Shown here: positions 26,532 through 34,934 of the stretch, piece after piece
Position numbering within the stretch: position 1 is the stretch's first letter
Layout: the number at the start of each line of letters is the position of its first letter
From: Armatimonadota bacterium
Lineage (GTDB): Bacteria; Sysuimicrobiota; Sysuimicrobiia; Sysuimicrobiales; Humicultoraceae
Assembly: GCA_037443365.1 (NCBI GenBank)
Contig: JBBIOM010000020.1
Location: 1-34,934, forward strand
DNA length: 34,934 bases
Direction: 5' to 3'
The notes under the pieces: generated by a model
What the model saw: only the letters and a program-made list of their open reading frames with translations
Told to the model about the DNA's origin: nothing
Databases searched by the model: none
Position numbers and translations under genes: made by a program

Positions 26532-27930
26532 CCGATCCCTCCATCTCCAGCGCTATCAGCCGGTTCATCTCCACCGCGTACTCGAGCGGTAGCTCCTTGA
26601 CGACTGGCTCGATGAACCCCCGCACGATCATGTTCATGGCCTCGCCGGCGCTGACCCCGCGGCTCATCAGGTAGAAGAGCTGATCGTCGCTCACCTTGGA
26701 GACGGTCGCCTCGTGCACTACCGAGGCGTCCATTTCCTCGATCTCCATGTACGGGTACGTGTCGGACCGGCTGTGGTCATCGAGGATCAGGGCGTCACAG
26801 CGCACGGCGCTCTTGCTGCGCACCGCGCCAGGATACACCTTCACGAGCCCGCGATACCCTGCCCGCCCCCCCTCCCGGGCGATCGACTTGCTCACGACCG
26901 ACGACTGGGTGTCTGGCGCGGCGTGAACCACCTTGGCACCGGGATCCTGGTGTTGCCCCTTCCCGGCGAAGACCACCGAGAGGATCTCGGCCCTGGCGCC
27001 GGGCTCGACCATGTACACGCTCGGGTACTTCATCGTCACCTTGGAACCGATGTTCCCGTCAACCCACTCCATCGTGGCGTCCCTATAGGCCACAGCGCGC
27101 TTGGTCACCAGGTTGTAGGTGTTCGTGGACCAGTTCTGGATGGTCGTGTAGCGGCAGCGCGCGCCTTCCTTGACGACGATCTCCACCACGGCGCTGTGCA
27201 GGAGGTCCGTGGTGTAGATCGGAGCAGTGCACCCCTCGACGTAGTGCACGTAGGAGCCGGGCTCGCAGATGATCATCGTCCGTTCGAACTGGCCCGCCTT
27301 CTCGGCGTTGATGCGGAAGTAGGCCTGCAGCGGGATCTCCACGCGCACGCCGGCGGGCACGTAGATGAACGAGCCCCCCGACCACACCGCCGTGTTGAGC
27401 GCGGCCAGCTTGTTGTCCTCCGGCGGGACGACCGTACCGAAATACTCACGCACGATGTCGGGGTGTTCCCGCAGCGCCGAGTCCGTGTCCAGGAAGATGA
27501 CCCCGAGCCCTTCCCACTCCTCCTTGAGGTTATGGTACACGGACTCGGATTCGTACTGCGCCCCCACCCCGGCCAGGTACTTCTTCTCCGCCTCGGGAAT
27601 GCCAAGCCGGTCGAAGGTGCGCTTGATGCCCTCGGGCACGTCTTCCCAGGTGTGGCCCTTGCCGTCGGTCGGCTTCAGATAGTAGTAGATGTCGTTGAAG
27701 TCAATCCGGGTCAGGTCCGCGCCCCACGTGGGCAGCGGGCGCCGCGTGAAGTGCTCGAATGAATGCAGGCGGTAGGCCCGCATCCACTCGGGCTCGCCCT
27801 TCATCGAGGAGATCATCTCCACGATCTCGCGATCGAGGCCCTTGCGAGCCTTGAAGACGTACTTCTCGGGATCTCGAAACCCCCACTTGTAGTGGTCGAG
27901 TTCCACACCCAGCGGGTTGGTCGCCGCCAT
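26524..27930 (-). CDS. sufB: Fe-S assembly protein SufB
   Basis: AQYESE, WSGGSFIY, GQFERT, EGCTAP, HEATVSK, ELPLEYAVE, MEGSVG. Confidence 0.97.
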   Translation of the reverse strand: MAATNPLGVELDHYKWGFRDPEKYVFKARKGLDREIVEMISSMKGEPEWMRAYRLHSFEHFTRRPLPTWGADLTRIDFNDIYYYLKPTDGKGHTWEDVPEGIKRTFDRLGIPEAEKKYLAGVGAQYESESVYHNLKEEWEGLGVIFLDTDSALREHPDIVREYFGTVVPPEDNKLAALNTAVWSGGSFIYVPAGVRVEIPLQAYFRINAEKAGQFERTMIICEPGSYVHYVEGCTAPIYTTDLLHSAVVEIVVKEGARCRYTTIQNWSTNTYNLVTKRAVAYRDATMEWVDGNIGSKVTMKYPSVYMVEPGARAEILSVVFAGKGQHQDPGAKVVHAAPDTQSSVVSKSIAREGGRAGYRGLVKVYPGAVRSKSAVRCDALILDDHSRSDTYPYMEIEEMDASVVHEATVSKVSDDQLFYLMSRGVSAGEAMNMIVRGFIEPVVKELPLEYAVEMNRLIALEMEGSVG

Positions 27931-27947
27931 CGGGCCCTCCCCGGAAC

Positions 27948-28778
27948 CTAGTGAACGACCCAGAAGACCTTGCCGGCGCGCCTGACCGCGCCGTCTTCCC
28001 GGACCTCCGAAGCCACCACCTCGAACTGCTCCCGGATGGCCTCGTAGCCGCTCTGCTCGAGCTCCTCGGCAAGAGACGGCCCGCCCGAGACGACGATGCG
28101 ACCGTCATACATGATGTGCACGAAGTGCGGACGCAGGAACTGCAGTATGCGCGAGTAGTGCGTGATCAGGAGCACACCCATGCCGCCCTGGGCCTCGTCG
28201 TACATCCTGAGGATGCCGTCGGCGACCACCTTGAGGGAGTCGATGTCCAGGCCGGAGTCGGTCTCGTCCATGAATGCGATCTCGGGCTCGAGCATCGCCA
28301 TCTGGAGGATCTCGGCCCGCTTCTTCTCGCCTCCGGAGAACCCGTCGTTGACGTACCGGCCGGGCACCTCCGGGGCGATCTTGAGCGCTTCCATCTTCGA
28401 TCGCAGCAGCTTCTGGAACTCGCCGACCGGCATCAGCTCCTGCTTGTATCCCCTGCGTGCCGAGACCGCCGTACGCAGGAAGCTGGCCATCGTCACGCCC
28501 GGAATGCTCACGGGGTACTGGAACGCGATGAAGAGCCCTTTCCTGGCGCGCTCGTCCGGGGGCATCGCCAGCAGGTCTTCGCCCTTGTACAGGACCTCGC
28601 CGCGCGTCACCTGGTAGAGGGGATTGCCCATGAGCACATTGGCCAGGGTGCTCTTGCCCGATCCGTTGGGCCCCATGACGGCGTGGATCTCTCCGCCGCT
28701 CATCTCCAGATTGACGCCCTTGAGGATGACCTTGTCGTCAACCTGCACGTGGAGGTTGCGGATCTCCAGATCTGCCAT
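27948..28778 (-). CDS. sufC: Fe-S assembly ATPase SufC
   Basis: GPNGSGKST, FQYP, FSGGEKKR, DETDSGLDID, ITHY; ATG at 28778 with AAGGAG SD. Confidence 0.96.
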   Translation of the reverse strand: MADLEIRNLHVQVDDKVILKGVNLEMSGGEIHAVMGPNGSGKSTLANVLMGNPLYQVTRGEVLYKGEDLLAMPPDERARKGLFIAFQYPVSIPGVTMASFLRTAVSARRGYKQELMPVGEFQKLLRSKMEALKIAPEVPGRYVNDGFSGGEKKRAEILQMAMLEPEIAFMDETDSGLDIDSLKVVADGILRMYDEAQGGMGVLLITHYSRILQFLRPHFVHIMYDGRIVVSGGPSLAEELEQSGYEAIREQFEVVASEVREDGAVRRAGKVFWVVH

Positions 28779-28830
28779 GCCCTTCTCCTTCCGACGCCGG
28801 GCCCGGCCCGCCGGGCGCACACCATCGCAC

Positions 28831-28859
28831 ATTCTAGACTTGTTTGGTCAAGTTTTCAA
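28831..28859 (-). promoter_or_regulatory. suf operon sigma70 promoter with overlapping IscR/Rrf2-like operator
   Basis: TTGAAA (28859-28854), 17 nt, TAGAAT (28836-28831); the dyad ATTCTAGAC-N7-GTCAAGTTT (28831-28855) overlaps it. Confidence 0.8.
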
Positions 28860-28902
28860 TCGGACCCCGATGCCGCTGGAGGAAATACCCGGGCACGCCA
28901 GC

Positions 28903-29805
28903 TCAGTGAACCTTGGCCTCACCGCGCCCGCCCGGCACCTCGCAGTACCACGCCGCCATGCGCGCAAAGGCAAGCAACGAGGGTAGACCGGCGCGTATTC
29001 CGCCCAGCATGCGGTCCGCGGAGTGAAGCCCTCCTGATGCCATCATCTGCCATCGCAGCTCGGCTAGCGCCCCCAGGTGGAGCGCCAGGTCCATCGTCAT
29101 CAGCCCTGTATCGGCCACCGGCAGGAACACCTGCCAGCGCCGCGGAGGCCGCTCCATATCAAACATGGTCAGCATGGCCTTGGCGATACCGGTGGCGGCT
29201 CCGGCGGCGTTGCTGAACCACCCCACTGCCTGCGCAATCCGCTCGGGATCTCTGCCGGCGGCCTCCAGGTCGCGCGTGGTGGCCTCGAGCACGGCCACCG
29301 AGGCCAGGATCCGGCCGATGCGCCAGCCGATGCGGATCGGATCCAGATACCTAGGCGGCTGCGGGAGCACGAAACCGGAGGTGGCGGTCGCCGCAAGGCC
29401 GAGCGACCGGGCCTGAGCAATCGCCTCCCGGGCGTCGTCGAGCAGGCTGGCGCGCTCGTCCGACAGGCGCTGGCGGGCTTGCTCTGCGAAGGCCTCGCGC
29501 ACCCGGGGGCGATTGTCCACCAGCAGCGTCGCGCTGGTCAGGACCTCGTAGATGACCGGAAGGATGTGCGTGTTGAGGGCGAACGGCATCAGTACACCGG
29601 GTTCGCCTCCGAGAGGATCCGCTTCGGATGTGCTCTCAAGGAACGCGCGCACGTCGTCTTCTTCCGTGTCCTCATCGAAGAGCAGCGCCACCTCGATGTC
29701 GGTGTCGGCGTAGCTGGGTCCCTGGCCGTACTTCCCGTACAGATAGACCGAGGCGACCTCGTGCTGCGCCGCGAAGTACTTCCTCAGGTTTTCGAGTGCC
29801 TGCAC
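28903..29805 (-). CDS. Fused minimal nucleotidyltransferase (MntA-like) plus HEPN/DUF86 (HepT-like) protein with degenerate catalytic motifs
   Basis: N-half VASVYLYGKYGQG..DTDIEVALL resembles MNT; C-half helical pattern RPP..F..VADTGLM..DLA..L..LAELR resembles DUF86; GTG at 29805 with GGAGG SD. Confidence 0.65.
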   Translation of the reverse strand: MQALENLRKYFAAQHEVASVYLYGKYGQGPSYADTDIEVALLFDEDTEEDDVRAFLESTSEADPLGGEPGVLMPFALNTHILPVIYEVLTSATLLVDNRPRVREAFAEQARQRLSDERASLLDDAREAIAQARSLGLAATATSGFVLPQPPRYLDPIRIGWRIGRILASVAVLEATTRDLEAAGRDPERIAQAVGWFSNAAGAATGIAKAMLTMFDMERPPRRWQVFLPVADTGLMTMDLALHLGALAELRWQMMASGGLHSADRMLGGIRAGLPSLLAFARMAAWYCEVPGGRGEAKVH

Positions 29806-29856
29806 CAGCGGCCTCCGGACACCTGGAGAGCGGAAACCGAACGTCCGTCCGACCTC

Positions 29857-29885
29857 AGTGTACACCGCCCCCTGCGGCGCCTCAA
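29857..29885 (-). promoter_or_regulatory. Sigma70-type promoter for the MNT-HEPN gene
   Basis: TTGAGG (29885-29880), 17 nt, TACACT (29862-29857). Confidence 0.55.
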
Positions 29886-29988
29886 CCTGAGGTACGCATC
29901 TCCGGGCGAAGGGCATCCGGCGGTCGGGGTTGAATTGAACCGTTCGTTCGCATGTGTGACTGCTGGTCTCGAGGAGGTTCGTCGCGAC

Positions 29989-31581
29989 GTGACACCCGCA
30001 ATGCCGGGACCGATGCCCACGGAGATGTGGCGCGTCGGGCTGGCCTTCGTGCCGATTGCCGTCGTGCTGGTGGGTCTGCTCGGATTGAACTGGAGCGGTG
30101 TGCGGTCGGGCGCCGTGGCGCTCGTTGTCGCCGCGGGGCTTGCCCTGACCGCGTTCGCCCTGCCCGCGGGTGCCGTGGCCGTGGCGCTCTGGCGCTCCCT
30201 GGCCCTGAGCCTCCACGTGCTCTACATCATCTGGGCAGCCCTGGTCCTGTACAAGTTCGCGGAGGAGTCGGGGGCGATACGCAGCATCGGGCGCGCCATA
30301 GGGCGCCTGACCGGCGACCGCATCCTGCAGTTGCTGATCATCGGGTTCGCCTTCAGCTCGTTCCTGCAGGGAGTGGCCGGGTTCGGCGTCCCGGTTGCGG
30401 TCACCGCGCCGTTGCTTCTCGGGCTGGGCTTCACCCCGCTCGAGTCGGCCGCGATTCCGCTCATCGGCCACGCGTGGTCGGTGACGATGGGCGACATGGC
30501 CTCCTCGTTCCAGGCGCTCCGGGCCGTGACCGGTCTGCCGCCGCAGGAGATGGGCAACTGGATAGCGGTGTTCCTGGGGCTATCGGCGGTTGCGAGCGGG
30601 TTCGCGGTCGCGCACGTGCACGGCGGAGTCCGTTCGTTCGGACGCGCCCTCGGTTCGATCCTGGCGATGGGCCTGGCCATGGGTCTGACTCACCTGGCGC
30701 TCTCCGTCGCGCAGCACTGGACGATCGCCTCGTTCGGGGCCGGCATGGTCGGTCTTGCCGTCGGGATCGGTCTCGCCCGGCTGGGCAGGCCCGGCGAGGC
30801 GGGCCGCGTGCCGGAGCGCCCGCACCAGACCTCTTCCGCGGGCTCGGGCACGGAGGAGATGACGTTCCAGATGGCCTTCCTGCCCTACTACGTCCTGATC
30901 GCGGTGATCGCGTGCGTCACGTTCGTGCCCTGGGCGCACCAGACCTTCGAGCGCGTGACGTTCGCCTTCAGGTACCCTGAGATCACAACCGGACTGGGCT
31001 GGAAGACCGCGGCGGGCGCCTTTGCGATCCCCCCATTCGGCCACCCAGGGGCGCTGCTCCTCTACGCCTCCGGAATCACAGCGGTGCTGTTCCGGCTTCT
31101 GGGCCGGCCGTCGCCCAACTGGGGAGCGGTCTGGAAGGGTGTGCGCAAGCAGGGGCTGCCCACGACGCTGACGATCCTCTGCCTGGTCGGGGTGGCGATG
31201 ATCATGCTCTACAGCGGCATGACGTACCTCCTCGCCAGGGGGCTCGTCCTGATGGTGGGATCCTTCTTCCCCGTGGTATCGCCCCTGATAGGCCTGCTGG
31301 GGGCCGTGATAACCGGAAGCAACACCAACTCGAACGTGCTGTTCGGCGCGCTTCAGCGCGACGGCGCGCTGATGCTGGCAATGAACCCGTCGCTGATGGC
31401 CGCGCTGCAGTCCTCCGGGGGTTCGCTCGGCTCGATGATCGCGCCGGCGAAGGTGGTCATGGCCACTGCCACCACAGGGCTTCTGGGCCGGGAGGGCAGC
31501 GTCATGCGCGCCACCGCACCGTACGCGGTTGCGTTGGCCGCATCACTGGGCCTGCTTGGGTGGTTCCTGCAGATCAGGTAA
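29989..31581 (+). CDS. lctP: L-lactate permease (LctP family)
   Basis: Polytopic membrane protein with FSSFLQGVAGFGVPVA, GSNTNSNVLFGALQ, GSMIAPAKV; start GTG 29989 (GAGGAGG SD) or ATG 30001. Confidence 0.85.
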   Translation: MTPAMPGPMPTEMWRVGLAFVPIAVVLVGLLGLNWSGVRSGAVALVVAAGLALTAFALPAGAVAVALWRSLALSLHVLYIIWAALVLYKFAEESGAIRSIGRAIGRLTGDRILQLLIIGFAFSSFLQGVAGFGVPVAVTAPLLLGLGFTPLESAAIPLIGHAWSVTMGDMASSFQALRAVTGLPPQEMGNWIAVFLGLSAVASGFAVAHVHGGVRSFGRALGSILAMGLAMGLTHLALSVAQHWTIASFGAGMVGLAVGIGLARLGRPGEAGRVPERPHQTSSAGSGTEEMTFQMAFLPYYVLIAVIACVTFVPWAHQTFERVTFAFRYPEITTGLGWKTAAGAFAIPPFGHPGALLLYASGITAVLFRLLGRPSPNWGAVWKGVRKQGLPTTLTILCLVGVAMIMLYSGMTYLLARGLVLMVGSFFPVVSPLIGLLGAVITGSNTNSNVLFGALQRDGALMLAMNPSLMAALQSSGGSLGSMIAPAKVVMATATTGLLGREGSVMRATAPYAVALAASLGLLGWFLQIR

Positions 31582-32941
31582 GGGGCATCCTCACGCCTTC
31601 GCGCCACGCAAGCGCCTGCTCGATCACGCGCGCGCATTCGAGCAGGGCGCCTTCGCGGAACCGGTCGGCGGCCAGTTGCACTGCCACGGGCAGCCCCTCA
31701 TCGGTGAATCCTGCAGGGATTACCATGGCCGGGAGGCCGGTCAGGTTGTACAGGCGCGAGAACCTGCCGAGCGTGCGGCGCACCTGGGGCCATCCCGCGC
31801 CCTCGGGGTCGGCATCCTGCAGGCGTGGAGCGCCGCCCGGAACGGCGGGGCCTACGAGGACGTCCACATCGCTAAACACCCCGGAGAGCTCGGCCTGGAC
31901 CCTTGCCTGGATGCCTTGTGCCTCGAAGCGCATCGCGGGCGTGATCTCCTCTCCCTGATCCAGCAGGGCGCGCACGTCCCGTCCGTAGCGCTCTCGCATT
32001 CCGGGGAAGGTCTCGCGATGGAACTCGGACGCCTCGGACAGGAGCAGTGTCAGCTGAGCCCGTCCTGCTTCCTCGGGATCCGACAGTGAGACCGGCCGGA
32101 CAGTGAAACCGGCATCGAGGCAGGCACGGAGAGCATCCTCGACGGCCATGGCTGTGGCAGGGTCGAGGTCGGACTCGAAGTACGCGCCGGTCAACCGACC
32201 CACGCGCAACCCTGGGCGCGAGACAGGACCATCCGGATCTGCGCCTGTCATCACGCCCAGGAACAGCGCCGCGTCAGCGACGCACCGCGTTATGGGCCCC
32301 ACGGTGTCGAACGATCCGGAAAGCGGCAGGACACCGTGGCGGCTGATCCGGCCGAATGTGGGCTTCAAACCCACCACGCCGCAGAGGGCAGCGGGGATGC
32401 GTATCGAGCCGCCGGTATCGGTGCCGATCGCGCCGGCCGCCAACCCGGCCGCCACAGCCACGGCCGAGCCCCCGCTCGACCCACCCGCGATGCGATCGGG
32501 GCGCCAGGGGTTGCGCGGCGTGCGCCCGTGCGGGTTGAGGCTGGTCATCCCCAGCGCGAACTCGTGCAGCGTCGTGGTGCCCAGCACGACCGCCCCGGCG
32601 GATTCCAGCAGCCGCACCACTGTCGCGCTCTCGCGCGACGGCTCGCTCCCCAGGAACGACGAGCCAGCGGTGAGCGGGAAGCCCTCGACCTGAATCAGGT
32701 CCTTGACGGCCACGGGCACGCCGTGCAGCGGGCCGCGCCAGCGTCCTGACCGCGCCTCGGCGTCGCGGGCGCGCGCCTCGGATCGGGCGCGCTCGGCCAG
32801 GATCGTGACGTACGCCGCCACCTGCGGGTCTAGCACGGCGATGCGCGCGAGGTAGGACTCGACAGCGTCGGCCGCGCTGATGCGCCCGTCTCGAATCTGC
32901 CCTGCCAGTCCCAGGGCGGCCAATTGCGTGATCTCACTCAT
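31574..32941 (-). CDS. Amidase-signature family protein
   Basis: GPLHGVPVAVKD, GGSSGGSA, GTDTGGSIRIPA (Ser-cisSer-Lys triad), GLKPTFG; ATG at 32941; no gatC/gatB neighbours. Confidence 0.9.
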   Translation of the reverse strand: MSEITQLAALGLAGQIRDGRISAADAVESYLARIAVLDPQVAAYVTILAERARSEARARDAEARSGRWRGPLHGVPVAVKDLIQVEGFPLTAGSSFLGSEPSRESATVVRLLESAGAVVLGTTTLHEFALGMTSLNPHGRTPRNPWRPDRIAGGSSGGSAVAVAAGLAAGAIGTDTGGSIRIPAALCGVVGLKPTFGRISRHGVLPLSGSFDTVGPITRCVADAALFLGVMTGADPDGPVSRPGLRVGRLTGAYFESDLDPATAMAVEDALRACLDAGFTVRPVSLSDPEEAGRAQLTLLLSEASEFHRETFPGMRERYGRDVRALLDQGEEITPAMRFEAQGIQARVQAELSGVFSDVDVLVGPAVPGGAPRLQDADPEGAGWPQVRRTLGRFSRLYNLTGLPAMVIPAGFTDEGLPVAVQLAADRFREGALLECARVIEQALAWREGVRMPLT

Positions 32942-33048
32942 CGCTATTCCCTTCTCCAGGCCGGCTCCTCGCTCCCCCCGGCAGGGAACAGGACCGCAGC
33001 GGAACCAGGTAGAATACGCTGTCCAAATCCCGCACCCGGAGGTGGCCC

Positions 33049-34934
33049 ATGTCCAGCCTCCCGATCGAGTCGTTCCTCGAGGAGCACAGGAGGTTCGCTC
33101 CGCCGGAGGCATTTCGGGCACGGGCGGCGGTCGGCGACGAGGGCGTCTACGAGGAGGCGCGCCGCGATCCGGAGGCCTTCTGGGAGCGCGCGGCCGACCA
33201 GTTGCACTGGTTTCGCCGGTGGGAGCGGGCCCTCGACTGGAACCTGCCCGACGCCAGGTGGTTCGTGGGTGGGCGCACCAACATCGCCTTCAACTGCCTT
33301 GATCGCCACCTCGTCACGAGTAGGCGCAACAAGGCCGCCATTCTGTGGGAAGGCGAGCCCGGAGAGACGCGCGTCCTCACCTACTGGGACCTCGCGCGCG
33401 AGGTGAACCGCTGCGCCAACGCCCTGCTCTCGATGGGCGTGAGGAGAGGGGACCGCGTGGCCATCTACATGCCCATGATCCCCGAACTGCCCATCGCGAT
33501 GCTGGCATGCGCCCGCATCGGCGCCGTGCACACGGTGGTGTTCGGCGGGTTCTCGGCCGAGGCGCTGCGCGACCGCATCAACGACGCCCAGGCCAGCCTG
33601 GTCATCACATCCGACGGCGGCTACCGCAAGGGCGCGATCATCCCGCTGAAACGCAACGTGGACCACGCCATCGCCGACGTCCCCACGGTTCGGAGCGTCC
33701 TCGTCGTGAGGCGCATCGGCGAGGCCGCCGCGATCCACATGGTCGAGGGGCGCGACCGGTGGTGGCACCGTGCCCTGGACGGGATGCGTCTGGATTCCCC
33801 GGCCGAGGAGATGGACAGCGAAGATCTCCTCTACATCCTCTACACGAGCGGAACCACCGGGAAGCCCAAGGGAATCGTCCACACCACGGGTGGCTACATG
33901 GTCGGAACCCACCTGACCACCAGGTGGGTGTTCGACCTCAGGGAGGAGGACCTGTTCTGGTGCACCGCCGACATCGGCTGGGTCACCGGGCACTCCTACG
34001 TGGTGTACGGCCCGCTGCTGTGCGGCGCATCAATACTGATGTACGAGGGCGCGCCCGACTGGCCTGAGCGCGACAGGTTCTGGGAACTCATCGAGAAGTA
34101 CGGCGTCACCGTCTTCTACACCGCGCCGACCGCGATCCGCACGTTCATTCGATGGGGGACCGGGTGGCCAGCGCAGCACGACCTGTCCACGCTCAGGCTG
34201 CTGGGAACCGTGGGGGAGCCCATCAACCCGGAGGCGTGGATGTGGTACCGCAGTCACATCGGGGGCGACCGCTGCCCGGTAGTGGATACGTGGTGGCAGA
34301 CCGAGACGGGCATGATCCTGATCACCCCGCTTCCGGGTATCACCACGCTGAAGCCCGGAAGCGCGACCGTGCCGTTCCCGGGCATTGAGGCCGATGTCGT
34401 GGATGAGCAGGGACGACAGGTCGCAACCAACGCGGGCGGCTACCTCGTGCTGCGCCGGCCCTGGCCGGCGATGCTCCGGGGCATCTACGGCGACCCGGCG
34501 CGTTTCCGCCGCGAGTACTGGGACCGGATTCCAGGGGTGTACTTCACCGGCGATGGAGCACGGCGGGACGAGGACGGGCACTTCTGGCTGCTCGGGCGCG
34601 TGGACGACGTCATCAACGTCGCAGGGCACCGCATCGGAACGATGGAGGTCGAGAGCGCGCTGGTGGCCCACCCAAAGGTGGCCGAAGCCGCGGTCGTTGG
34701 AATGCGCCACGAGATCAAGGGACAGGCGCTGGCGGCCTTCGTTACGCTCAAGGAGGGAATCGCCGGCAGCGGAGCCACGACCGACGAGTTGCGCGGACAC
34801 GTCACCGAGAAGATCGGCGCGATCGCGCGGCCGGACCGAATCATGTTCACCGCGGAACTTCCCAAGACCCGCAGCGGGAAGATCATGCGCCGGCTGCTGC
34901 GCGACATAGCCGAGGGCCGCGTCCTGGGCGATAC
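33049..34934 (+). CDS. acs: Acetyl-CoA synthetase (AMP-forming), 3'-truncated by window edge
   Basis: Absent from the ORF track because it has no stop in the window. ATG 33049 with GGAGG SD; in-frame [11 protein letters not shown] (33841), [20 protein letters not shown] (34861). Confidence 0.96.
   Translation, partial: MSSLPIESFLEEHRRFAPPEAFRARAAVGDEGVYEEARRDPEAFWERAADQLHWFRRWERALDWNLPDARWFVGGRTNIAFNCLDRHLVTSRRNKAAILWEGEPGETRVLTYWDLAREVNRCANALLSMGVRRGDRVAIYMPMIPELPIAMLACARIGAVHTVVFGGFSAEALRDRINDAQASLVITSDGGYRKGAIIPLKRNVDHAIADVPTVRSVLVVRRIGEAAAIHMVEGRDRWWHRALDGMRLDSPAEEMDSEDLLYILYTSGTTGKPKGIVHTTGGYMVGTHLTTRWVFDLREEDLFWCTADIGWVTGHSYVVYGPLLCGASILMYEGAPDWPERDRFWELIEKYGVTVFYTAPTAIRTFIRWGTGWPAQHDLSTLRLLGTVGEPINPEAWMWYRSHIGGDRCPVVDTWWQTETGMILITPLPGITTLKPGSATVPFPGIEADVVDEQGRQVATNAGGYLVLRRPWPAMLRGIYGDPARFRREYWDRIPGVYFTGDGARRDEDGHFWLLGRVDDVINVAGHRIGTMEVESALVAHPKVAEAAVVGMRHEIKGQALAAFVTLKEGIAGSGATTDELRGHVTEKIGAIARPDRIMFTAELPKTRSGKIMRRLLRDIAEGRVLGD

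Noticed and set aside
26524-27930. Intein in SufB (also checked RtcB)
   Set aside because: Both proteins are normal length with contiguous motifs.
29931-29950. GAAC/GTTC elements as a LexA box or TetR-type operator
   Set aside because: Spacing is N1 or N5, not GAAC-N4-GTTC, and the dyad is imperfect; cannot be assigned.
29077-30471. Apparent long head-to-head overlap between the 834-aa and 522-aa ORFs
   Set aside because: Both are over-extended calls; SD-supported starts at 29805 (-) and about 29989 (+) leave a normal divergent intergenic region.
31574-32941. gatA assignment
   Set aside because: Generic amidase signature only, with no gatC/gatB context.
1-34934. CRISPR arrays, tRNA/rRNA, IS elements, prophage genes
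   Set aside because: No spaced direct repeats, RNA-gene signatures, transposases or integrases seen; intergenic gaps are all short.

Overview
High-GC (~70%) bacterial chromosomal segment, gene-dense, with no rRNA, tRNA, CRISPR array or mobile element that I can recognise. LptA/OstA and LpxB-like genes indicate a diderm host; an Armatimonadota-like Terrabacteria lineage is only a guess. A ~18 kb minus-strand run reads yceI, nuoB-nuoD-nuoI-nuoC, lpdA, lipA, moeB-rhodanese, two Zn-dehydrogenases plus a cupin, nfu/nifU, rtcB, acyl-CoA dehydrogenase, SRPBCC, mrp/apbC, flavin reductase, TPR, lptA, class I aldolase, MDR oxidoreductase. Also present: a moaD-moaE fusion, a split transketolase, a sufC-B-D-Rieske-sufS-sufU operon with an IscR/Rrf2-like operator over its promoter, a degenerate MNT-HEPN fusion, an L-lactate permease, an amidase and a 3'-truncated acetyl-CoA synthetase. 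Best leads: (1) a translationally coupled dehydrogenase-dehydrogenase-cupin trio that may be an RLP-free MTA-isoprenoid shunt; (2) a stand-alone, reordered complex I Q-module apparently co-transcribed with lpdA/lipA; (3) a catalytically eroded MntA-HepT fusion with its own promoter; (4) a recurring AGGR-N18-GAAY promoter-like motif before three carbon-metabolism genes; (5) a low-GC flavin reductase gene inserted cleanly into an operon. All family calls rest on motif recognition by eye; no searches were run.
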